DNA from: Candidatus Saccharimonadota bacterium
GTDB lineage: Bacteria > Patescibacteriota > Saccharimonadia > Saccharimonadales > SLHW01
Reading direction: 5' to 3'
Assembly: GCA_024635455.1 (NCBI GenBank)
Contig: JAGXIU010000003.1
Coordinates: forward strand, 133,772 to 197,771
Length of the DNA: 64,000 nucleotides
This document shows, in pieces, positions 18,832 through 27,811 of this stretch. The notes under the pieces were generated by a model that did not search any database, was not told where the DNA came from, and saw nothing but the letters and a program-made list of their open reading frames with translations. Each line of letters opens with the position of its first letter. The first letter of the stretch is position 1. The position numbers were made by a program, and so were the translations under genes.

Positions 18832-19860
18832 GTGGCAGATGCACATATCGACATGCTCGAGCAAGTCCAGGCTATGTTCAATGAGCAAGTCTATTTGGTT
18901 GGCGGCAGCGTACGCGACGTCTTGCTGGGTAAGCAGCCGTCGGACTATGATTTTACCACCACACTGCTGCCCAACGATATCGAGCAAGCGGTCCGGGATG
19001 CTGGGTTAAAGGCGCACACCTCGGGCAAGCGCTTTGGTACAATTGGCTTTCGCCTAAACGGCTATCACATAGAAGTCACGACTTTCCGCACCGAAGAGTA
19101 CGATGGCCGCAGCCGAAAGCCTCAGGTTGAGTTTGTGCGTGACATTACTGCCGATCTGGCTCGGCGTGACTTCACTATTAACGCGATGGCGATACGTGAC
19201 GGCAACCATATTATTGATCCGTTCGGTGGACAGGAAGATATACAGAAGCGTCTGATTCGAGCGGTCAATAAGCCGCACGAGCGTTTTCACGAAGACCCAC
19301 TACGTATGCTCCGAGCCGGACGGTTCTCTGCTCAACTCGGCTTTGCTATTGATCCCGAGACGCAATCGGCCGTATCTAAAAATGCCCTCGAGATATTACG
19401 TATATCGAAGGAGCGTTGGGTGCGTGAACTCGATCTTATCCTGATGAGCCCGTCACCAGCGATAGGTATGCGCTACACTGCTGATACCCGATTATTGCAC
19501 TACATGATGCCCGAGCTGGCCATCCAAATTGGTTTTGACCAAGACAGTCCGTATCACGAGCTAGACTTATGGGAGCACAGTCTTAAGACACTCGATTTAT
19601 CACCTGCCACCATCGAATCTCGCTGGGCTGCCCTGCTTCATGATGTCGGCAAACCGTACGTGCGCACCGTTAACAAACATGGCTACAGCAACTACGTTGA
19701 TCATGAGTTTGTCGGGGCAGAGCTCGTCTGGAAGATTGGCAAATACTTGCGCTGGGGTAATAAGCGGCTCGAGCACGTGGTTGAGCTTGTTCGTGAGCAC
19801 CTTTCAGATGACGATAGTCCTATTGGCGAGGCTGACTCGGCCGGAAGGTACGAGGATTAG
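18832..19860 (+). CDS. cca: CCA-adding tRNA nucleotidyltransferase with HD domain
   Basis: VGGSVRD, DYDF, DLARRDFTINAMA, EDPLRMLRA.RF, LLHDVGK. Confidence 0.88.
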   Translation: MADAHIDMLEQVQAMFNEQVYLVGGSVRDVLLGKQPSDYDFTTTLLPNDIEQAVRDAGLKAHTSGKRFGTIGFRLNGYHIEVTTFRTEEYDGRSRKPQVEFVRDITADLARRDFTINAMAIRDGNHIIDPFGGQEDIQKRLIRAVNKPHERFHEDPLRMLRAGRFSAQLGFAIDPETQSAVSKNALEILRISKERWVRELDLILMSPSPAIGMRYTADTRLLHYMMPELAIQIGFDQDSPYHELDLWEHSLKTLDLSPATIESRWAALLHDVGKPYVRTVNKHGYSNYVDHEFVGAELVWKIGKYLRWGNKRLEHVVELVREHLSDDDSPIGEADSAGRYED

Positions 19861-19879
19861 GGTTAGGGCTTGGGAATTA

Positions 19880-20132
19880 GAAACCAGGAACCCGGGTTTG
19901 TTCTTTTGCTCTGCAAAAGCACAACATACTTTTGTCTCCAGCTACAAAAGTATGCAAAAAAGCCGCAGGCAAGCATCAAAACAGTGATTGCCCCTCATAC
20001 CACCAGTCTGTCGCGCCGAAACAACTCCCTGCGGTCGGTCTTTTTTCATGTCTCCTAAGGATTAAAAAAGACGAAGGGTTTCGTCTTGATTCGCCAGACA
20101 GCTGATGAGGGGCATCAGTTTTGCTGAGCCTG
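19880..20132. other. intergenic nested-hairpin element (structured RNA or MITE/REP-like)
   Basis: CATACTTTTGT/ACAAAAGTATG plus nested pairs CAGGC/GCCTG, TGCCCCTCAT/ATGAGGGGCA, GTCTG/CAGAC, CGAAAC/GTTTCG, GTCTTTTT/AAAAAGAC. Confidence 0.75.
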
Positions 20133-20146
20133 ATTGAACCAAAAAA

Positions 20147-20173
20147 TGAACACGCAAGTCGATATTGTGTTTA
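20147..20173. repeat. degenerate palindrome (family P, copy 3)
   Basis: TGAACACGCAAGTCGA identical to the first 16 bp of copy 4; right arm decayed. Confidence 0.8.
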
Positions 20174-20445
20174 CATTTTCTAATTTCCCCTACTCCATAA
20201 ATCCAGAAAAATCTGAAACACATGAATATGTTTCATATGGCTTTGGTGAGTGTGGCGATGATAGCTTTATCCAGTCAGTCGAAACAACTCGACGAATCTC
20301 ACTTAGTACTCAACTGCCAAGTGGCGATATGTACTGTGTCGATAGTAGTTAGTAATTAGAATCCGAAACTAAATATTCTCTTGCCTTTCTTTTTGTCCAG
20401 CGACAGCAAGAAACAATACAGTTCTGCTATGCTAGAATTCTAAGC

Positions 20446-20931
20446 ATGAGTACAAAAAATGAAACGTTTGCACGAAACCTAGTAAAAGGCAAAATTGCTG
20501 AAACAGTATTTGCGCAAATGCTTCGTGAAGTTGGCGGATTCACCGTATTAGAGTTTGGCTACGAAAAAGTTATACCTGAACTATTTAATAGAAACCTAGA
20601 AAACAAAGATGTTAAGGCTATTCGAGATATTATTCGGCATGCGCCTGATTTCGCCGTAATTAACACTCAAAAAAGATCTGTCCACCTTATAGAGGTAAAA
20701 TATCAAAAAAGACTTTCAAGAGAATATGCGCTCGAGGATGCTAAGAGAATGCATGTGTCTTGGAACCCATCATACCTATTCATCGCCACATTAGATGGAT
20801 TTTATTTTGATGAAATAACCAAGGTTATCGAAAGCAACGGGAGAATAAGTCCGTTAAACCACCCACAAATACCTTTTGAAGTTCAAGAAAGATACCTCAA
20901 AATTCTTCATGACTTTGAGGGCAGAAACTAA
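20446..20931 (+). CDS. PD-(D/E)XK nuclease-fold protein
   Basis: KG.IAE, FGYE, APDF, LIEVKY. Confidence 0.75.
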   Translation: MSTKNETFARNLVKGKIAETVFAQMLREVGGFTVLEFGYEKVIPELFNRNLENKDVKAIRDIIRHAPDFAVINTQKRSVHLIEVKYQKRLSREYALEDAKRMHVSWNPSYLFIATLDGFYFDEITKVIESNGRISPLNHPQIPFEVQERYLKILHDFEGRN

Positions 20932-21138
20932 CTACGTAGCAATATCCGTCTACTTGCGGATAGGACCAAAAAGCGCCCACGTAACTGGCTCGTCGCCCAA
21001 CCAACAATCAGTCGAGGCAAAACTTGGCTAGACCAGCAAGATTAATCAAAACTAGCTTGACTTATTTTTAGAAAAATTATTTCGTTTGTAAGAAATCTTA
21101 GAATTGTATTATAATCTTATGATAATGAGCGCACTCAG

Positions 21139-21999
21139 GTGAATGGAATAATATTTGGAACATTACTCGTATGCTGGCTAGCAGTATTATTCCTATGGGT
21201 AGTTGCATTAATTAAACCCAAGCACAAACTATTCAATAAACTTAAACCACGATTTAACGGTCGGTCGGGCTTGTCGAAACTTTTTCTCGCCCTTTTTATT
21301 GGCTTTTTTATCTTGATAGCATTCGTAGCGCCTCCAATTGAAGCCGAGCTAAAGAATCTTAATTTAGAAGCTGATCAAGAAGTGATTACAGAACAATACA
21401 CTGTTGAGGGTGAAATTACTGGCAATAACGTAAAACTCATGATAAATGATGAGGATATCAATCTAGACGATAAAACTTTTGCTAAGACCCTAGACTTGCA
21501 ACCCGGTGATAACGAAATAAAGGTATTGCTGACCGGAAGAGACGTAGAAGGTAATGAGGTAGAAGTATACAATCAGTCACATAATATCTATTTCGATTAC
21601 GAGGGGATGCTTTACTCTCTAGAGCTAGAGAAGGACAAACAAGCTGAAGAAGAGCTACAAAGGAAGTTAGCAGAAGTTCCACAATACGAGGTAGTACGCA
21701 AATCTGATATAGAAAATGGGTTCTCGGCAATAGTCTACGTTGAGGGCGATATGCAGGACTACCAACTATCTAACGTAGCAAAAGACCTTGATGATAATAA
21801 TTGGGACATACAAAACATCTCTACGCTTATATTCAGCAAAAAGGATAAAAGTGAAGTTGAGGCGGTGCTCGAAGAGAGTGAGCCCGCTGAATTACTGAAA
21901 TACGTTCGCGCAAACTTTGAGAAGCGAGACACGCACAAACAATTATTCTGGTTTCCTGACGGAACAGATGGTGAAAAGCTAGCATTGGAGGTTCTATGA
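21139..21999 (+). CDS. membrane protein with Ig-like extracellular domain
   Basis: 2 N-terminal TM; VEG..LMIND..F...L.LQPGDNEIKV Ig-like segment. Confidence 0.7.
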   Translation: MNGIIFGTLLVCWLAVLFLWVVALIKPKHKLFNKLKPRFNGRSGLSKLFLALFIGFFILIAFVAPPIEAELKNLNLEADQEVITEQYTVEGEITGNNVKLMINDEDINLDDKTFAKTLDLQPGDNEIKVLLTGRDVEGNEVEVYNQSHNIYFDYEGMLYSLELEKDKQAEEELQRKLAEVPQYEVVRKSDIENGFSAIVYVEGDMQDYQLSNVAKDLDDNNWDIQNISTLIFSKKDKSEVEAVLEESEPAELLKYVRANFEKRDTHKQLFWFPDGTDGEKLALEVL

Positions 22000-22877
22000 G
22001 AAAACCGTTATTGTATGTATTTCTACTGCTTGCTTTTGTTGTAATTCCAATTCAGCAGACTGCTGCACATCCTGGTCGAACCGATTCGAGCGGCGGCCAT
22101 AACTGTCGGACAAACTGTGAAAGTTGGGGCTATGAGTACGGATATCACGACCATAATGGTGGAAGCTCGAGCACCACTACAAGTCCATCACCGTCACCTT
22201 CTCCTTCTCCCGCTCCGGCACCTGCCCCTGCTCCTCGTCCAGCACCTGCACCGCAGCCGACACCTACCCCAGTACCAGAGCCAAAAAAAGCAATCGAAAC
22301 AATCAATGGTCTATTAGCTGATAAGCCGTCTAATATTCTTTGGGTAGATTTGATCTTAAAAGAAACGGCTAGAACTAGCACGCCGACTGAGTACAAGACA
22401 ATAAATTCCGTAAAAGTCGCAACAAGTAGAATTACTGGTGCAACCCAAGCGCATAAAGTCGAAAATAATCAAAAATTCTACTACGTTAGTTCAGTAACAG
22501 ACGGCGACACGATTAAAGTAGTCGTTGACGGACGGATTGAAAGAGTACGGCTACTCGGAATAGATACTCCCGAAACAAAAGACCCACGAAAGCCAGTACA
22601 ATGCTTTGGTGTAGAGGCTAGCAATTATACCAAGTCTTTAGTTGATAAAAAATATGTCAGGCTAGAAATTGATAAATCCCAGGGTGATAGAGATCGCTAC
22701 GATAGGCTGTTGAGATACGTTTATTTGCAAGACGGTACAGAAGTAAATGCAGAATTAGTGAAGCAGGGTTACGCAGTAGCATATCTTCGTTATCCGGTGG
22801 CGCAAACCGAAAACTACAAAGAGCTACAATCAAATGCAGAAGAGAGCGGTCTTGGTCTCTGGGGTGCGTGTAGATGA
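21996..22877 (+). CDS. secreted thermonuclease (SNase family) with N-terminal YHYH-like motif and Pro-rich linker
   Basis: HPGRTDSSGGHNC..YHDH; DGDTI, VRLLGIDTPE, DRYDRLLRYV, GLWG. Confidence 0.9.
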   Translation: MRKPLLYVFLLLAFVVIPIQQTAAHPGRTDSSGGHNCRTNCESWGYEYGYHDHNGGSSSTTTSPSPSPSPSPAPAPAPAPRPAPAPQPTPTPVPEPKKAIETINGLLADKPSNILWVDLILKETARTSTPTEYKTINSVKVATSRITGATQAHKVENNQKFYYVSSVTDGDTIKVVVDGRIERVRLLGIDTPETKDPRKPVQCFGVEASNYTKSLVDKKYVRLEIDKSQGDRDRYDRLLRYVYLQDGTEVNAELVKQGYAVAYLRYPVAQTENYKELQSNAEESGLGLWGACR

Positions 22878-23093
22878 GCTTAGTCCTGCGATATAATTAG
22901 AAGGTAATAAGGAGGTGGTTAGTGTCGTTGTTTGACAAAGTGAAAGATGCTAGCCAGTAGCTAATCTAGCTGCACCGCAAAAAGGAGCACGATCTTCAGG
23001 CTGCAGCCACTTCTTAGGTGTTGAGTATCCTGCTCCTGCTTATCAATATGCTACTGATGAAGCATGATTTGTAGGTGGTATAATCTGGGGTAG

Positions 23094-23996
23094 ATGAAAC
23101 AGTTTTTGTTGCGGAATGCGTCGCTGGTTGTTTTTGTTATATTTTTGTTGATGATTGGTTTTTGGTTGGTTAGTGACGATATAGATACTAGCAATAGCCA
23201 GACTGAGCAGCGGATTGAGGGAACATACGCAGTAACGAGGGTTTATGACGGCGACACCATTGCTGTTGATGTAGATGGTCAGACAGAGACAATTCGGCTA
23301 ATTGGTATTGATGCAGCAGAAATTCAAAGTCCTTATAGCGAGGCGGAGTGTTTTGGCAACGAATCGCGTGAGTACGCCCGTTCCCTGCTAGCTGACAAAG
23401 TAGTTCGGTTAGAGGCTGATGAGAGTCAGGACAATCGTGATGATTACGACCGCCTGCTGCGCTACGTCTATCTTGACGACACTAACATTAACTACCAGTT
23501 GGTGCTGGAAGGTTACGCTCACGAGTACACCTACCGCGATGAATATAGTAATCAGGCTATGTTCCGAGCTGCTGAACAACAAGCCCAGCAGCAACAAAAT
23601 GGCCTCTGGGCAGACGGCGCTTGCAGTGACTTCGCGCCTGAACCAAGCCAGGTAGATGATGATCAATTGAACGCACAAGACTCTGGAAACTGGCAGAGCA
23701 GCATACCCGATGGCTGCGTTAGCTATGTGGACGCTGAGCGCCACATTGGTCAGCAAACCTGCGTAACTGGGCCAGTCGACCACGTATTTGTCTCCGCCAC
23801 TGACACCACGTTCGTGAACTACTGCAGCGACTATCGCAGCTGCCCGTTTTCGGTTGTGCTATTTAGCGATGATAAAGCCGACTTCCCTGCTATGGCTCAG
23901 TACGAGGGGAGCGTTATTACCATTTTTGGTGAGATTAGAACCTACGAAGGTCGCCCACAAATAATCCTCGAAAACCCATCCCAACTCCGCCAATAA
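23094..23996 (+). CDS. membrane-anchored thermonuclease with C-terminal OB-fold-like domain
   Basis: DGDTI, IRLIGIDAAE, DDYDRLLRYV, GLW; C-terminal GEIRTYEGRPQI. Confidence 0.9.
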   Translation: MKQFLLRNASLVVFVIFLLMIGFWLVSDDIDTSNSQTEQRIEGTYAVTRVYDGDTIAVDVDGQTETIRLIGIDAAEIQSPYSEAECFGNESREYARSLLADKVVRLEADESQDNRDDYDRLLRYVYLDDTNINYQLVLEGYAHEYTYRDEYSNQAMFRAAEQQAQQQQNGLWADGACSDFAPEPSQVDDDQLNAQDSGNWQSSIPDGCVSYVDAERHIGQQTCVTGPVDHVFVSATDTTFVNYCSDYRSCPFSVVLFSDDKADFPAMAQYEGSVITIFGEIRTYEGRPQIILENPSQLRQ

Positions 23997-24034
23997 TTTT
24001 CTAAATAGATTTAGACCCAAGATCAACAGATGTC

Positions 24035-24062
24035 TGAACACGCAAGTCGACTTGCGTGTTCA
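24035..24062. repeat. 28-bp perfect palindrome (family P, copy 4)
   Basis: TGAACACGCAAGTC|GACTTGCGTGTTCA, preceded by TCAACAGATG as in copy 1. Confidence 0.95.
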
Positions 24063-24123
24063 CGGTTCTTACGTAGGCAACAGCCCTTCCCGCTACCTAT
24101 ATAAGCTACAAAAAGAGGATACA

Positions 24124-24147
24124 AAAAATGTCCGGCCGGACATTTTT
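24124..24147. repeat. 24-bp perfect palindrome
   Basis: AAAAATGTCCGG|CCGGACATTTTT. Confidence 0.85.
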
Positions 24148-24340
24148 ATGGTACTCGCTATTTTTTATTTGCCGTGAGCAAGCCATTTGTTCTCATGACT
24201 AGCAGTCGGCACAAAGCTCTTTATTAAAACTCGCAACTGTAGCCAAAAGTAGTCGACCGAGCTATGCAATTACTTTTTAGGCCTTAAGAGGTTTGATTGC
24301 AATGACCTACTAGGGCAGTTAAGTGTTAGAATTAATAATA

Positions 24341-24619
24341 ATGAAACAGAAGATTCGAGATTTTTTCACTGATGGCGATGATAAATTGGTAGTTGGTCAA
24401 TGGCCGAACGCGCCGCTGATTATTTGGGTTGGTGCTGCCCTGCTCAACCGATTTGTCAGCAACTCAGGGTTGTCCAGCGCTTTGACGTTTTTGGCATTTG
24501 CTAGTGGCGGCTACTGGGCAACGCTTGAGCTTGTGCACGGCGATAGCCCGTTTCGGCGAACTCTTGGTGCTATCGTGTTGGGCGTATTGGCATACGGGCT
24601 GATACGTCAGTTGCTGTAG
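24341..24619 (+). CDS. small membrane protein
   Basis: GQWPNAPL...WA.LEL..GDSPFRRTLG; 3 TM. Confidence 0.75.
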   Translation: MKQKIRDFFTDGDDKLVVGQWPNAPLIIWVGAALLNRFVSNSGLSSALTFLAFASGGYWATLELVHGDSPFRRTLGAIVLGVLAYGLIRQLL

Positions 24620-24694
24620 TCTGATATTTCTACCCTCGCGATGCAAACGTTATATTTGTTATGATAAACCCGTAAATAGAAAAGAAGCGCACCT

Positions 24695-26284
24695 ATGGAC
24701 TTTTTTATTGCTCTGGCGCCAATTCTCGTTCTCATAACGAGTATTGCTGGCTTTCGCAAAAGTGTGGTGTTTTCTGCCGGACTAGCGCTTAGCACCATAG
24801 TTTTTATTGCACTGCTCTGGGGTAATCCCTTGACGACCGTAGCGAGTGCAGGACTGCGCGGAATATTTGTGGCCACTGAGATAATTGTCATTGTCTTTAG
24901 CGCTCTGCTGATTGTTGAGATTATCAAGCGGCAGCACTTATTTGAGCCGCTTAGGGAGATGATTCTCTCGATAAGTAACGACTACCGAGTACACACCATA
25001 CTGGTCGGTTTTGCGCTGGTCTATTTCATTGAGGGCGTTGCTGGGTTTGGCACTCCGGCGATTGTTGCGGTGCCGATACTGATGGCGCTAGGCTTTAAGC
25101 CGCTACATGCCGTGGTTCTATCGCTGATTGGAGATACGATACCGGTGAGCTTTGGTGCGGTTGGTCTACCTGTTACATACGGTGTTGGATCCGTGGTCGA
25201 GGTGTTAGCTGAAGATGGGGCGGAAATCACCAATGCCGTGATTCATCAGGTGGCTGCCTTGAATGTCATCGCCTCGGTTTTGCTGGCACTGCTGCTGGTC
25301 GGCACGTCGGTGTATATAAAGAAAGGTAACAAGCAGGAGTTTCTCGCCTACGTGCCGTTTGCGGTGCTGAGTGGTCTGATTGTCTCGGGCATTGCCTACG
25401 TAACGGCGCTGGTGGTGGGGCCGGAGCTGCCGTCAATCCTCGGCGGTCTGCTCGGAGTTTTCATCATTGCCTATATTGCGAAACGACGCTGGCTGCTACC
25501 AAAACGGGTTATCGCACTCGAAGCTACGGAAAGCCCCGTGGAGTCAACCGAGAGGCCACCTAAGAGTGAACACGTGCTTATTCGGGCACTGTACCCATAT
25601 GTTCTACTAATTATGCTCTTGCTGCTGACGCGGCTGCCGTATTTGCCGCTGGGTGAGGCACTGCGGTCAATCTCAATTGAGAGTAGCGGACTGCTGGGGG
25701 CTGGTGTGGCGTATGTCTTTCAGCCGTTCTATTCTGCCTCGACAATTCTGCTTATTACGGCCGTGATAACACTGGCTATTGCCCGCAAGCACATCGGTAA
25801 ACCGACGCGACTGCTTGGTACAGTTGTGCAAAAAGTCACCCGTCCGTATCTGGCGCTGTTGTTGGTACTGATGTTCGTACAAATTTTTATCTACTCAGTT
25901 GATATAGATAGTGGTCTGTCAATGCCGGCAATCATTGCCCAGAGTATCAGTCAACTAACAGGTTCTCTATGGCCGTTTTTTGCGCCATTTATCGGTGCGC
26001 TCGGCTCATTCCTGGCGGGTAGCGCTACCGTATCAAACCTGGTGTTTGCCGGGCTGCAATATGATGTTGCTGTCTCGTTGTCGATGCCACCGTCTACGCT
26101 GCTGTCTATCCAGACAATTGGCGCGTCGGCGGGTAATATGATTGCCCTGCACAATATTGTGGCTGCTTTGACAATTGCTGGTATTAGCGAGGCGCAGACC
26201 TATAAGATACTGAAGATAAATATGTACCCCGTACTGTTGCTGGTAACAGCAGTTGGCTTGATTGGTTTGCTTATAACCCGTTAG
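24695..26284 (+). CDS. lctP: L-lactate permease (LctP family)
   Basis: EGVAGFGTP, PVSFGAVGLP, GALGSFLAGSATVSN, GASAGNMI. Confidence 0.9.
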   Translation: MDFFIALAPILVLITSIAGFRKSVVFSAGLALSTIVFIALLWGNPLTTVASAGLRGIFVATEIIVIVFSALLIVEIIKRQHLFEPLREMILSISNDYRVHTILVGFALVYFIEGVAGFGTPAIVAVPILMALGFKPLHAVVLSLIGDTIPVSFGAVGLPVTYGVGSVVEVLAEDGAEITNAVIHQVAALNVIASVLLALLLVGTSVYIKKGNKQEFLAYVPFAVLSGLIVSGIAYVTALVVGPELPSILGGLLGVFIIAYIAKRRWLLPKRVIALEATESPVESTERPPKSEHVLIRALYPYVLLIMLLLLTRLPYLPLGEALRSISIESSGLLGAGVAYVFQPFYSASTILLITAVITLAIARKHIGKPTRLLGTVVQKVTRPYLALLLVLMFVQIFIYSVDIDSGLSMPAIIAQSISQLTGSLWPFFAPFIGALGSFLAGSATVSNLVFAGLQYDVAVSLSMPPSTLLSIQTIGASAGNMIALHNIVAALTIAGISEAQTYKILKINMYPVLLLVTAVGLIGLLITR

Positions 26285-26300
26285 GGGTGGAGCGCGGTTA

Positions 26301-26606
26301 TCACGAGATGGTTCTGCCGCCGAGTCGTTTCCAGCTGTAGAGACCACCGAGATTAACTGCGTTGTAGCCCTTGGTGTGAAGAATGTTCGCGGCAACTGAG
26401 GATCTGCTACCAGAGGCACAGTAGAGATAGATGATCTTGTTGGTGTCTGTCGTTGGTAGCTGCCCAGCTAAAATGCGTTGCAAAGAAAACAGTACGGCGC
26501 CCTCGGCATGCTCGAGCTGGTACTCGTAGTCTTCGCGAACGTCCACGACGATAGCTGTGTCGCTCTGGACCTGCTGGAGGATTTCCTCGAGGCTGGCGAT
26601 AGGCAC
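26301..26606 (-). CDS. rhodanese-domain protein
   Basis: VDVRE..EY...H..GA, YCASGSRS, NLGG. Confidence 0.9.
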   Translation of the reverse strand: MPIASLEEILQQVQSDTAIVVDVREDYEYQLEHAEGAVLFSLQRILAGQLPTTDTNKIIYLYCASGSRSSVAANILHTKGYNAVNLGGLYSWKRLGGRTIS

Positions 26607-26607
26607 G

Positions 26608-27042
26608 CTACTGCGTCACCCTCTGGCCAGTCGTTAGCTCGCCACCCATAGCAGTAACATCGTCGAGCCCACCGAGGTCAACCACGCTGTAACCGGCGTT
26701 TTCCAGAATTTGCGTTGCCTGAGCCGATCGATTGCCACTTCGGCAATAGACATAGACGGTGGTATCGGTGTCGACGTTCGGCAGGGCGCCTGATTGGATG
26801 TCTTGTAGGGGAAGCAATTCAGCGTCCTCAAAGTGGCTCTCGTTATATTCCGCTGGCGTTCGCACGTCCAGAAAGGCGCCTGGGTTTTCGGCGGCGGCGG
26901 TAGAGACGTCGGCGAAGGTTACAGCGTCAGTTGCTTGAGTAGATTGTGTTTTGTTTGTCGACGTGGTGTCTGTGCTAGATTGGCTAGACGTTGCCAAGCC
27001 GAGCAACAGAACAACAGCGGCTGCGGCAAGAAGAATCTTCAT
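26608..27042 (-). CDS. exported rhodanese-domain protein (PspE-like)
   Basis: Signal peptide; LDVRTPAEY, YCRSGNRS. Confidence 0.9.
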   Translation of the reverse strand: MKILLAAAAVVLLLGLATSSQSSTDTTSTNKTQSTQATDAVTFADVSTAAAENPGAFLDVRTPAEYNESHFEDAELLPLQDIQSGALPNVDTDTTVYVYCRSGNRSAQATQILENAGYSVVDLGGLDDVTAMGGELTTGQRVTQ

Positions 27043-27044
27043 GG

Positions 27045-27692
27045 TTAGCTCTTTGCTCCTTGCTGGGTTAGGCGTTCAAGGGTTGGCTGATCGAAACCGA
27101 GGACCTTTTCGACTATGCCATCTTCCATCTCGATAGTAGTAAACGGTACGCCGCGTTGACCGCTGAGCGTGACCATATACTGCGCCGCTACAGGATTTTT
27201 GTCGACGAGATGTTCGGTATACTTTATGTCTCTATCGTCAAACCACTTTTTGACCATTTGACAATACGGGCAGGTTTGCGTTGAGTAAACAGTAATATTC
27301 ATTATTGAAGTCCTTTCATCATTACACTTTTTACAGGTTCCACTTATCACCAGACTCCCGTTGACTGAGCAGCCCTCGATGCCCTTTTTTAGGAGTGGGA
27401 TAACTTCATCACGTATCGAAACATCACGGAGATCACCGCACGTGTTGCACATGAAGTGGTCGTGGTCCGATGTGTTGGCGTCAAAACGCATGGATCCATC
27501 AAGATAGGCTGGCGCCATACGAAGCCTACCCTGCTCGACGAGTCGGGCGGTAATGCGATGAACAGTAGTGGCGGTAATTGTCGGATATGCGCGACGAAGG
27601 TACTTTTCTATGTCGGTATTCGTTGCGTGTCGAACCAGATCCATATAAGAGATTACTGCCTCGGTATATTTGGTATTTCGTACAAGGGCCAT
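27045..27692 (-). CDS. Fur/PerR-family regulator fused to glutaredoxin (NrdH/YruB-like)
   Basis: HAT..ITATTVHR, RFDANTSDHDHFMCNTCG, GTCKKC; then ITVYSTQTCPYC, GQRGVP, LGFD. Confidence 0.85.
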   Translation of the reverse strand: MALVRNTKYTEAVISYMDLVRHATNTDIEKYLRRAYPTITATTVHRITARLVEQGRLRMAPAYLDGSMRFDANTSDHDHFMCNTCGDLRDVSIRDEVIPLLKKGIEGCSVNGSLVISGTCKKCNDERTSIMNITVYSTQTCPYCQMVKKWFDDRDIKYTEHLVDKNPVAAQYMVTLSGQRGVPFTTIEMEDGIVEKVLGFDQPTLERLTQQGAKS

Positions 27693-27698
27693 GGCGAC

Positions 27699-27728
27699 TA
27701 ATGTAAACCATTTACATTAATAATACAA
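27699..27728 (-). promoter_or_regulatory. promoter with overlapping inverted-repeat operator
   Basis: Minus strand TTGTAT-17-TACATT; TAATGTAAA-N3-TTTACATTA at 27699-27719. Confidence 0.7.
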
Positions 27729-27811
27729 GACATAATTTACGGCATTACAAAAACCGGTGGCCGAGCGAGGTTATTTTGACTGATAATTAACGGGGTATTC
27801 TGCCTGGTCGC

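Noticed and set aside
22180-22285. Low-complexity CCN-rich repeats
   Set aside because: They encode a Pro/Ser/Ala linker and are not a CRISPR or DNA-level repeat.
22905-22960. Strong SD followed by MSLFDKVKDASQ*
   Set aside because: Only 12 codons; may be a remnant but cannot be verified.
15791-24062. Repeats as a CRISPR array or integron attC array
   Set aside because: Spacing is in kilobases, no cas or intI gene is present, and there are no RYYYAAC/GTTRRRY ends.
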